Positions 12,313 through 20,761 of a stretch of 64,000 nucleotides of DNA are shown here, piece by piece. How positions within the stretch are numbered: the stretch's first letter is position 1; each line of letters starts with the position of its first letter. The notes under the pieces were generated by a model that saw nothing but the letters and a program-made list of their open reading frames with translations, had not been told where the DNA came from and did not search any database. The translations under genes and the position numbers were made by a program. This DNA is from Candidatus Palauibacter sp. (GTDB lineage Bacteria > Gemmatimonadota > Gemmatimonadetes > Palauibacterales > Palauibacteraceae), in the NCBI RefSeq assembly GCF_965222475.1, contig NZ_CBDCUB010000006.1, positions 129,893 through 193,892 on the forward strand, in the 5' to 3' direction.

Positions 12313-13798
12313 GCCGGACCATACGAAGAGGGCGGATCCTGCGCGCGAGAACGCCCGCGCGGACCCTGCGCCCGCGGACTGGAGCCCCGAAACGATGCGC
12401 GCGGCGCTCGGGCGCGCCTCCGAGTGGACGATCGATTACCGGCGCCGTGTGGGAGAGTTCCCCGTCTTCCCCGCCGTCGAACCCGGCCAGGTGCGGCGCG
12501 CGCTCGGGGACCGGCCGCCCCGGGCGCCGGACCCCTTCGAGCGGGTGCTGGCGGACTTCGATGAGCATATCGTCTCCGGTCTCACGCACTGGAATCATCC
12601 GGGCTTCCTCGCGTACTTCTCGAGTTCCACGCGGGCGCCGAGCATCGTGGCGGAACTCCTGATCGCCGCGGTCGGGGTCAACGCAATGTTGTGGCGGACC
12701 TCCCCCGCCGCGACCGAGGTCGAGCGCACCGCGGTGGACTGGTTGCGACAGGCCGTCGGCCTGCCGGCGTCCTTCTCGGGGCTGATCCTCGACACGGCGT
12801 CGACGGCCACCTTCACGGCTCTCCTGGCGGCGCGCGAACTGGCCGGGACGCGAGTCCGGGCGGATGGGCTCCCCGGAGGCCCCGCCCTCGCGGTCTATAC
12901 CTCCGAGCAGTCGCATTCGTCGGTGGAGAAATCGGCGCTTGCCGCCGGGCTGGGGCACCGTTCCGTCCGGCGCATCGCCGTTGATGAGGCCTTCCGCATG
13001 CGGCCGGAGGCCCTCGAGGCGGCGATCACGGAAGACCTCGCGAGGGGTGTGCGGCCAGCCATGGCGTGCGCGACCATCGGCACGACGTCCACCGCAAGCG
13101 TCGATCCGGTGGAACCGCTGGCGGCGGTGGCCCGGCGATACGGCGTGTGGCTGCACGTCGATGCGGCCTACGCGGGCCCGGCGGCGATGGTCCCCGAGCA
13201 GCGCGGGCGTTTCCGCGGCTGGGAGGCGGCGGACTCGATCGTTCTCAACCCCCACAAGTGGCTCGGGACCTCGCTCGACTGTTCGGTCCTCCTGTACCGG
13301 GACGTGACCCCCTTCCGGGCATCGCTCGCGCTGACCCCCACCTACCTCGAATCGGAGGACGACGAGACCGACCTCATGGACATCGGTCTCGCCCTCGGTC
13401 GCCGCTTCCGGGGGCTCAAGCTGTGGATGCTCTTCCGGTGCGTGGGTACCGACGGTCTCGCCGGGACGATGCGGCGGCATATCGCGATGGCCGAGGCGGC
13501 GGCGGACCGGCTCGCGGGGGGCGGCGTGTTCGAGTTGGCGGCCCCGGTGTCGTTCAGCACCTTCTGCTTCCGGGCAGCGTCGGGGGGCGATCCGGCGACG
13601 GAGGACCACTGGAACCGCGAGATCCTGGCGCGGGTCAACGCGGGGGGGCGCTCCTTCATCTCGCACACGGAACTCGGCGGACGTTATGTTCTCCGTTTAT
13701 CCGTCGGGAGCATTCACACGGAGGAGCGCCACCTCGACGAGGTGTTGGAGGCGCTGCACCGGGCCGCCGACGAACTCTCACCGGGAGGACCGGGTTGA
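12311..13798 (+). CDS. PLP-dependent group II (aromatic-L-amino-acid-like) decarboxylase
   Basis: THWNHPGFLAYF, SPAATEVE, HSSVEK, LHVDAAYAG, NPHKW (PLP lysine), LGRRFRGLKLW. Confidence 0.93.
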   Translation: MPDHTKRADPARENARADPAPADWSPETMRAALGRASEWTIDYRRRVGEFPVFPAVEPGQVRRALGDRPPRAPDPFERVLADFDEHIVSGLTHWNHPGFLAYFSSSTRAPSIVAELLIAAVGVNAMLWRTSPAATEVERTAVDWLRQAVGLPASFSGLILDTASTATFTALLAARELAGTRVRADGLPGGPALAVYTSEQSHSSVEKSALAAGLGHRSVRRIAVDEAFRMRPEALEAAITEDLARGVRPAMACATIGTTSTASVDPVEPLAAVARRYGVWLHVDAAYAGPAAMVPEQRGRFRGWEAADSIVLNPHKWLGTSLDCSVLLYRDVTPFRASLALTPTYLESEDDETDLMDIGLALGRRFRGLKLWMLFRCVGTDGLAGTMRRHIAMAEAAADRLAGGGVFELAAPVSFSTFCFRAASGGDPATEDHWNREILARVNAGGRSFISHTELGGRYVLRLSVGSIHTEERHLDEVLEALHRAADELSPGGPG

Positions 13799-14481
13799 AC
13801 GCCACATCAGGCATCAGAGTCGTCGCGGCCCTCCTGCCGGGTCTCGCCCTCGCGTGGGCGGGCTGCGCGGCCGAGGCCGGGAGCACGCAGGAAAGCTCGG
13901 TCGTACCGGCCAACGCCGAGGTCGCCCGCGAACGCGCGGACCGCAGCCGGATCAAGGGCGAGGAGGGCGCCCCCGTGCGGGTGGTGGAGATCTCCGACTT
14001 CCAGTGCCCCTTCTGCCGGCAGTTCCACGAGCAGACGCTCACGCGGATCGACAGCGCGTACATCGAGGCGGGCAAGGTCAGCTACCTGTGGATCGCGTAC
14101 GCCAACCCCGGACATCCGCAGGCCTTCGTCTCGACCGAGGCCGCCTACTGTGCCGGGGCCGTGGGCAAGTTCTGGCCCATGCACGACATCCTGTTCGAGC
14201 GTCAGGACGAGTGGAGCGGCGTGCCGGACCCTTACGCGCTGTTCATGGAATACGCGGACGAGATCGACATCGACACCGAGTCGTTCGGCTCCTGCGTCCG
14301 CAACAGCGTGCTGGCCCCGCTCGTGCTGCGTGACTACACCAGCGTGACCCAGGCCGGGATCTCGAGCACGCCCTACTTCATCCTCGGCGACAGCGTGGCG
14401 ATCCGGGGCGCCGCCGACTTCGGCACCTTCTCTTCGGCCATCGACACCCTGCTCGTCCTGAAGGGAGGCGGCACGCCGTAG
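13795..14481 (+). CDS. DsbA-family thioredoxin-fold lipoprotein
   Basis: TTG start overlapping upstream TGA with GGAGGA RBS; lipobox-like WAGC; SDFQCPFC; GISSTP cis-Pro motif. Confidence 0.88.
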   Translation: MNATSGIRVVAALLPGLALAWAGCAAEAGSTQESSVVPANAEVARERADRSRIKGEEGAPVRVVEISDFQCPFCRQFHEQTLTRIDSAYIEAGKVSYLWIAYANPGHPQAFVSTEAAYCAGAVGKFWPMHDILFERQDEWSGVPDPYALFMEYADEIDIDTESFGSCVRNSVLAPLVLRDYTSVTQAGISSTPYFILGDSVAIRGAADFGTFSSAIDTLLVLKGGGTP

Positions 14482-14493
14482 CCGTCAGAACCG

Positions 14494-14533
14494 GAGACGG
14501 CCCGCCGGCGCCGCTGCCGACGCCGGCCGTCTC
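14494..14533. terminator. GC hairpin between convergent genes
   Basis: GAGACGGCC ... GGCCGTCTC inverted repeat; no U-tract. Confidence 0.4.
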
Positions 14534-15710
14534 AGTCGTGCGAGTCGGGAATATCCTCCAGCGTCATTACCCGAAGCACGAGATCCCCCTGCCGCGAAAT
14601 GCCTTGCTTACGGAAGATCCGCTTCACGTGCGCGCGCACGGCCCCCTCTGAACGGCCCTTCGACAGGGCAATGTCCCTGATGGTATGGCCAGCGGCCAAT
14701 TCCACGGCCACCTCGCTCTCCATGGGCGTGAGGCCGAGAGCCGCCGCGACGAGCTTCGGATCGATCCGGCCGCGGCGGGCCGGATCCACGACCAGCACCA
14801 GTGCGGCGACCCGCCGTCCATGGATTTCGGGATGCGGCTCGCCCACCGGATTGATGTGAATGACCAGAGGCGTTGGAGTGAGGGGGCGCGTGATCAACAT
14901 CGAACCGGCGTAGCCCTGGACACCGAACGATGGCAACGCGTTCGCCAGCAAGCGCGACAGCTCGGAGTTCTCCATCGGCAACCAGGCGCGCAGAAATCCT
15001 CCCTCATCGCTCAGCCCGGCGCCCTGCTGGAAGAAGTCCAGCGCTCGGTCGTTCGCCGTCACGATCCGTCCGCGCTGGTCCAGTTGGATGACCCCCAGAC
15101 GGGTGCTGTAGAATAGCCCGCTCAGGGATGTCCCGAGCGCCTTGGCCTCAACCAGCTGTTGGCGCATACTCACGTACCGGCATACATGCGGCTGGAGATG
15201 GTGGATCAGGCGGACTTGAGCGGACGTCCAGCCCTCTTCCAACGAGTCGGCAAGGATCCACGCGACGTGGGAGCCCGAGGGCCCGGCCTGGCGCACATGG
15301 AGACCGTTCTGCGCCTCCGTATCGAGGAGCGCCTCGTATGCCGGCGAGTTCCTTTTCTCCCGCTCCGTGTACAGATCGGGCGTGTGCAACAGTTCGCCGT
15401 AAGGCTGTCGAAGGATGCGCGGGACGCGTGGATCCCACGGAAAATAGTCCTCCAAATACTTGCGCTCCCAATCCTCGCGGCGTTGTCCATTCAACCAGAA
15501 CCGGGCGAATGAGACGTCCATGTCGGCCGGAGAACACCCGTCAAGGAGAACCAGGGCACTTCCCCGCGTCCCGCAAGTCCTGTTCAACTGGCAAGCTGCA
15601 TCGAACCAGCGCGTATCGTCGAGCGTGGCCTCGTGCAGCAATGCCAGAGTACGATTTAACGGATCCTGTGCCCTCACGAGTCTCCCGTTCCGGTCGATGA
15701 TCCAACCCAT
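14532..15710 (-). CDS. LuxR-type HTH transcriptional regulator with PAS-like region (paralogue 1)
   Basis: C-terminal LTPMESEVAVELAAGHTIRDIA...VRAHVKRIFRKQGISRQ. Confidence 0.88.
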   Translation of the reverse strand: MGWIIDRNGRLVRAQDPLNRTLALLHEATLDDTRWFDAACQLNRTCGTRGSALVLLDGCSPADMDVSFARFWLNGQRREDWERKYLEDYFPWDPRVPRILRQPYGELLHTPDLYTEREKRNSPAYEALLDTEAQNGLHVRQAGPSGSHVAWILADSLEEGWTSAQVRLIHHLQPHVCRYVSMRQQLVEAKALGTSLSGLFYSTRLGVIQLDQRGRIVTANDRALDFFQQGAGLSDEGGFLRAWLPMENSELSRLLANALPSFGVQGYAGSMLITRPLTPTPLVIHINPVGEPHPEIHGRRVAALVLVVDPARRGRIDPKLVAAALGLTPMESEVAVELAAGHTIRDIALSKGRSEGAVRAHVKRIFRKQGISRQGDLVLRVMTLEDIPDSHD

Positions 15711-15762
15711 CGCAAGAGCCCCGGGTGCCCCACGTACATGGCCCGGATCGGGTAGCCGGGAT

Positions 15763-16915
15763 TCACCCGCGAGACTCCGGAATGCCCCCCAGCTCCAGCA
15801 CCCGTCGCACCAGATCGACCTGCCGTGAAATGCCCTGCTTTCGGAAAATATGCTTCATGTGCCAGCGTATGGTCTGCTCCGTGCGGCCCGTCGAGAGGGC
15901 AATGTCGCGCACGGTATGGCCGGCGGCCAGCGCAACGGCCACCCGGCTCTCCGTCGGCGTGAGGCCCAGGACCGCGGCAACGAGCGCAGGATCGATCGGG
16001 GCAGGGGTGGCGGGATCCAGGACCAGCACGAGCGCGGCGACCCGCCGAGGCTGTGACTGCGGTCGTTGCTCGCTCACGGGATTGACGTGAAGGGCCAGCG
16101 GCCCGCGGGAGGAGGAGCGCCCGACCAACGTCGAACCGGCAGCTCCTCGGGTGCCGAACGGAGGCAACGCGGACTTCAGCAACCGCGACAACTCGGCGTT
16201 CTCCGACGGCTCCCGAATCCGGAGGAGCCCGCGTTCGTCCCTTAGGCGATCGCCCTCCCGAAGCAGCCTCCGGGCCCGATCGTTCGCCGCCACGATCCCG
16301 CCGTCCCGGCTCAGCTGAATGAGGTCGAAGCGGGTGCTCTCAAGCAACTCGCCGAGTGACGCACCCAGCGCTCCGGCTTCGGCAAGCGCCTGGCGCACGA
16401 TCACGAACTGACGCACATGCGGCTGAAGACGTTCGATCATCTCGACTTGATCGGCCCCCCAGCCCCCCCCGCTCGGTGGAGTCGGCTGCAATCCACGCGA
16501 TGTGCGATCCCTCCGGACCATCGAGGCGCATGTGGAGACCGTTCTGTGCCTCGAAGTCGCGCAACGCCTCATTGTAGGCGGGGGAGGTCTTCTTCTCGCG
16601 ATCCGTGTACATTTCGCCGGTGTGCACCAGCTGGCCGTGAGGGAGTCGGGAGAGGCCCGGGATGCGTTCATCCCGGGCCCAGTAGTCCTCGAAGTACTTG
16701 CACAGCAAGTCCTGGCGGGGTTCCCGACCGAGACAGAGCTCCGCGTGGAAGATCTCCGCATCGGACTGTGAATACCCGTTCCCGAACGACAAGGCACTGC
16801 CTCGCGTCCGGGTGGCCTGACCGACCAGGCAAGCCGCCTCGGGCCAGGCGGCATGGCCCAGGGCCACCTTCTGCAGCAACCTCACGGTACGCTCGAACAC
16901 ATCCACGGAACTCAT
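15763..16915 (-). pseudogene. LuxR-type regulator paralogue 2, frameshifted in a C8 run
   Basis: N-half in ORF 16340-16993 and C-half in ORF 15763-16854; C8 at 16463-16470 versus C7 at 17896-17902 in intact paralogue 3. Confidence 0.85.
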
Positions 16916-16970
16916 CAAGCCTCGTCTGACCGAGGAGGGCGGCGCGCTGGAATGCGCATCTTCCGGTTTC

Positions 16971-17072
16971 GCGCCTCGATTTGGGACAAGCATCTTTCAA
17001 TCACCCCAATCTACGGGGTCGAGAGTCGCTGTAGCGCCCCCCCATTTGAGGTGTTTTTCCAATTTGGGGGAA
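16971..17072. promoter_or_regulatory. Cluster of CCC-AAT(C/T)-GGGG semi-palindromic boxes upstream of paralogue 2
   Basis: ACCCCAATCTACGGGGT 17003-17019, CCCCCATTTGAGG ~17039, TTCCAATTTGGGGGAA 17057-17072. Confidence 0.5.
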
Positions 17073-17195
17073 GTCCACCGCCCCACAGTTGTTCGCCAGG
17101 GAAACCGCGCGCGGAGGGACCTGTCGTACCCCGGCAGACCTGCCCGGGTTCGCAGCGGGCACCCGTCGGTCGGCGTGCCGCAACCGGCGACGGAT

Positions 17196-18347
17196 TCAGC
17201 CGATAGAGGCGGGGGCGCCTCCCAACATCAGCACTCGCCGCACCAGATCCACCTGCCGTGAAATGCCCTGCTTTCGGAAAATCTGCTTCATGTGCCAGCG
17301 TACGGTCTGCTCCGTACGGCCCGTCGAGAGGGCAATGTCGCGCACGGTCTGGCCGGCGGCCAGTGCAACGGCCAACTGGCTCTCCGCCGTGGTGAGGCCC
17401 AGGGCCGTCGCCACGAGCACCGGATCGATCGGTGCAGGAGTGGCTGGATCCAGGACCAGAACGAACGCCGCGACCCGCCGAGGCTGTGACTGCGGTTGTT
17501 GCTCGCCCACGGGACTGATGTGAAGGATCAGCGGCCCGCGGGAGGAGGAGCGCCCGACCATCATCGAACCGGCGGCGCTCCGGGTGCCGAACGGCGGAAG
17601 CGCACAGTCCAGCAACCGCGACAACTCGGCGTTCTCCGCCGGCACCCGGACCCGAAGGAATCCGCGTTGGTCCGCGAGGCGATTACCCTCCCCCAGTAGC
17701 CTCCGGGCCAGGTCGTTCGCCTCCACGATCCGCCCGTCCCGGTTCAGCTGAATGAGGCCGAAGCGGGTGCTCTCGAGCAGTGCGCCGAGCGACGCACCCA
17801 GCGCTCCGGCTTCGGCAAGCGCCTGGCGCACGACCACGAACTGGCGCACATGCGGCTGAAGACGTTCGATCATCCGGACCTGATCGGACCCCCAGCCCCC
17901 CCGCTCGGTGGAGTCGCACAGCGCCCACACGACGTGCGATTCCTCCGGACCGTCGAGACGCATGTGGAGACCGTTCTGTCCTTCGACGTGGCGTAGCGCC
18001 TCGTTGTAGGCGCGGGAGGTCTTCTTCTCGCGATCCGTGTACAGGTCGCCGGTGTCTACCAGTTGGCCGTGGGGCAGGTGAAGGATGCGAGGAACGCGTT
18101 CGTCCTGCGGAAAGTAGTCCTCAAGATACTTGCGCTTCAAATCCTCACGGACTTCACCGCGAAGACAAAACTGGGTGTAGAAGAAGTCCCCGTCGATCTG
18201 AGTGTGCCCGCCAAAGAGCACCAGGGCACTGCCTTGCGTCCGGCTGACCTCACTGATCAGGCAGGCCGCCTCGGGCCAATCGGCATGGCCAAGGGCCGCC
18301 TCTTGCAGCGACGCCACGACACGGTCGAACGCATCCAGCGAACCCAT
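17196..18347 (-). CDS. LuxR-type HTH transcriptional regulator (paralogue 3)
   Basis: Strong visible similarity to paralogue 2; LTTAESQLAVALAAGQTVRDIA...HMKQIFRKQG. Confidence 0.9.
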   Translation of the reverse strand: MGSLDAFDRVVASLQEAALGHADWPEAACLISEVSRTQGSALVLFGGHTQIDGDFFYTQFCLRGEVREDLKRKYLEDYFPQDERVPRILHLPHGQLVDTGDLYTDREKKTSRAYNEALRHVEGQNGLHMRLDGPEESHVVWALCDSTERGGWGSDQVRMIERLQPHVRQFVVVRQALAEAGALGASLGALLESTRFGLIQLNRDGRIVEANDLARRLLGEGNRLADQRGFLRVRVPAENAELSRLLDCALPPFGTRSAAGSMMVGRSSSRGPLILHISPVGEQQPQSQPRRVAAFVLVLDPATPAPIDPVLVATALGLTTAESQLAVALAAGQTVRDIALSTGRTEQTVRWHMKQIFRKQGISRQVDLVRRVLMLGGAPASIG

Positions 18348-18407
18348 CAAACCTCGGCTCCCGGGAGGACTTTGCGGCACGATGAAGTACGCGCCGCTCC
18401 AGGTAAC

Positions 18408-18456
18408 TACCCAATCTGGGGGATCTAGTGCCGAATCGCGCCCCCAAAATCAGGGG
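18408..18456. promoter_or_regulatory. Same box family upstream of paralogue 3
   Basis: TACCCAATCTGGGGGAT 18408-18424, CCCCCAAAATCAGGGG 18441-18456. Confidence 0.5.
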
Positions 18457-18484
18457 AGGATGGTCACGCGTTCTTCCAGGGCGT

Positions 18485-20761
18485 TCAGATACCGCCGAGG
18501 CGGATGGTGGGTCGGTCAAGCGGCTCGGCGGTGCCGGTGGCCTCGCGGATGCGGTAGGCGCGGTCGAGGGCGAGATCGGTCAGCCGGTCGATGGTGCCCG
18601 AACCCGGCCAGCGGATCTCGACCGACTCGATTCGCGTCGCCCGGCCCAGCCCGATCTCCTGGCGGAGCGGGTTCGACCCGAAACTTCCGCCCGTGCCCGC
18701 CGAGCGGTGTATCTGCCGCTGGCCGCCCGGGCCATCGACGGTCACGGTGATGCGGGCCCCGATCCCCGGCCGGTTCGCCCGGTCGCCCTCGAGCGTGAGC
18801 GCGATCCAGCGGTTGCCGAACCCCGGGTTCTCGTACAGGGCGTTCGGGGACAAGTCCCCCTCGTTCGCGCCGCCCAGTTCCATGTGGACGTCGGTATCCC
18901 CGTCGTTGTCGATGTCCACGAAGGAGACGCCGTGCCCCTTGTCGAGGCGCCCGAACCCGCCGGCCCCCGTCACTTCCACGAACTCGTCGCCGAGGTTGCG
19001 GAACATCCGGTTCGGCATCAGCTGCCGGAGGTCGGGGTCCCCGGTGCCGACGAGGAAGTCCAGCCGGCCGTCGCCGTCGAGGTCGCCGTAGTTCGAGCCC
19101 ATCGCGTACATGATGCGGTCGAGCCCCTGCGCGGCCGTGACGTCGGCGAAGGTGCCGTCCCCCAGGTTCCGGTACAGGCGGGGGAGTTCGGCGGAGTGCG
19201 ACTGCCCCGTCATCTCCCGCACGAGGTCGGCGGTCTGCGCGGCGTAGCCCGCCACGTAGATGTCCAGCCGCCCGTCGTTGTCGAAGTCCCAGAACCAGGT
19301 GGGGAAACTCGCCAGCGGTTCCCCGACGCCGGCCCGCTCGGTCACGTCCTCGAACCCCCACCCTCCGGCGGCGTCCGGACCCAGGTTCCGGTACAGACGG
19401 TTGGGGGCGTGGAGAATCGAGACATGGAGATCCGGGCGCCCGTCGTCATCGTAGTCTCCCCAGGTCACGCCCTTCACGAACGCGGCCACGTCGAGCCCGA
19501 CCTCTGCCGCCACCTCCTCGAACGTGCCGTCGCCCCGGTTCCGGTAGAGTTCGCTGCGGTGCGTGAGGCTGTCCCTCGACTCGTTTCCGATGAAGAGATC
19601 GAGCCAGCCATCGCCGTCGAAGTCGGCCCAGGCGCCGGTCTGGGTCGGGTGCTCGGAGTAGAGTCCCGCCGCGCCGGTCACGTCCGTGAAGAACCCCCCG
19701 TCGTTGCGGAGGAGTGAGTTGGGATACGCCTGCACGAGCCAACCGCCGCGCAGGACGAGGACGTCTGCGTCGCCGTCGTTGTCGTAGTCGGTGTGAACGA
19801 GGTTGAGCCCGCCGAGGAGCCCTTCCAGCCCCGCCGCCCCGGTGCGGTCGACGAACCGTCCGGCGCCGTTGCTCTCGAAGTAGCGGAGCTGGTGCAGGAG
19901 ACCGCGAGAGGAGGTCATGACGTCGGGAAGGCCGTCGCCGTTCAGGTCGTCCACGATCGCACCGCCGGAGAGGGAGACCGCGTCCAGGCCGACGCGGCGG
20001 GCGACCTCCTCGAAGCGGGGGAGGTCGCCCGGACCGCCCAGCGCGGCTCCGTCGAGCCGGTATTCGGGCGGGACGCTGTCGGGCCACACACCCTCGGTGA
20101 GCGCGGCCAGGTTCACGATCCAGCGGGCCCGGAGGTCGTCGGGGCGCAGCGCCAGGAGGGAGAGGTGCCACCCCCTGGCCGCGGCGAGGGCGGCGCGCGC
20201 CGAGTCGGAGACAAGGGTGGGGGCGGCCGTCGGCACGGCGGGCCAGCAGGGGAACCGCTGACCGGTCTCGGCGACCGTTCCGGCGCGCGGGCGGCTGGAT
20301 GGGCAGACGAGTTCAGCCCCCAGCCGCAGGAACGCGACCCCGATCAGCTCCTCGATCTCGCGGCGGAACCCCGGGACCGGCTCGACCGCCACCCCCTCCA
20401 GCGTCTGGTCGAGGAAGATGAGTTGTTCGAGCGCCGGCTGCGTGAGCCCCGCATTGAGGAGTTCCCGCGCGGCGCTGGCCACGCGGACCAGCATCTCCGC
20501 GGGGTCCGCCGACGGCGGCAGGCTCGTGAAGTAACGCAGGCGCGCGGTGTTGAGTTGCTCGTCAAGGAGCGGGTCTGCGGAGTCGGCCAGCGCCCGCAGG
20601 CGAACGGCCATCTCGGCGGTCTCCCGCGCGACCCCGGCCGGCGCCTCGGCCGACTCGCCACAGCCCGCCAGGAGCGCGACCGCCAACACCCCGGCCGCCG
20701 GGAGCGGCGACCCGCGCAACTTCAGGGGACGCGCTCTCGCGGACCCGTGGACGCGGCTCAC
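18485..20761 (-). CDS. CRTAC1-like FG-GAP/VCBS repeat lipoprotein with ASPIC/UnbV C-terminus
   Basis: LLAGC lipobox; DxDxDGxxD repeats; C-terminal GIGARITV...IGLG...VEIRWPGSG. Confidence 0.88.
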   Translation of the reverse strand: MSRVHGSARARPLKLRGSPLPAAGVLAVALLAGCGESAEAPAGVARETAEMAVRLRALADSADPLLDEQLNTARLRYFTSLPPSADPAEMLVRVASAARELLNAGLTQPALEQLIFLDQTLEGVAVEPVPGFRREIEELIGVAFLRLGAELVCPSSRPRAGTVAETGQRFPCWPAVPTAAPTLVSDSARAALAAARGWHLSLLALRPDDLRARWIVNLAALTEGVWPDSVPPEYRLDGAALGGPGDLPRFEEVARRVGLDAVSLSGGAIVDDLNGDGLPDVMTSSRGLLHQLRYFESNGAGRFVDRTGAAGLEGLLGGLNLVHTDYDNDGDADVLVLRGGWLVQAYPNSLLRNDGGFFTDVTGAAGLYSEHPTQTGAWADFDGDGWLDLFIGNESRDSLTHRSELYRNRGDGTFEEVAAEVGLDVAAFVKGVTWGDYDDDGRPDLHVSILHAPNRLYRNLGPDAAGGWGFEDVTERAGVGEPLASFPTWFWDFDNDGRLDIYVAGYAAQTADLVREMTGQSHSAELPRLYRNLGDGTFADVTAAQGLDRIMYAMGSNYGDLDGDGRLDFLVGTGDPDLRQLMPNRMFRNLGDEFVEVTGAGGFGRLDKGHGVSFVDIDNDGDTDVHMELGGANEGDLSPNALYENPGFGNRWIALTLEGDRANRPGIGARITVTVDGPGGQRQIHRSAGTGGSFGSNPLRQEIGLGRATRIESVEIRWPGSGTIDRLTDLALDRAYRIREATGTAEPLDRPTIRLGGI

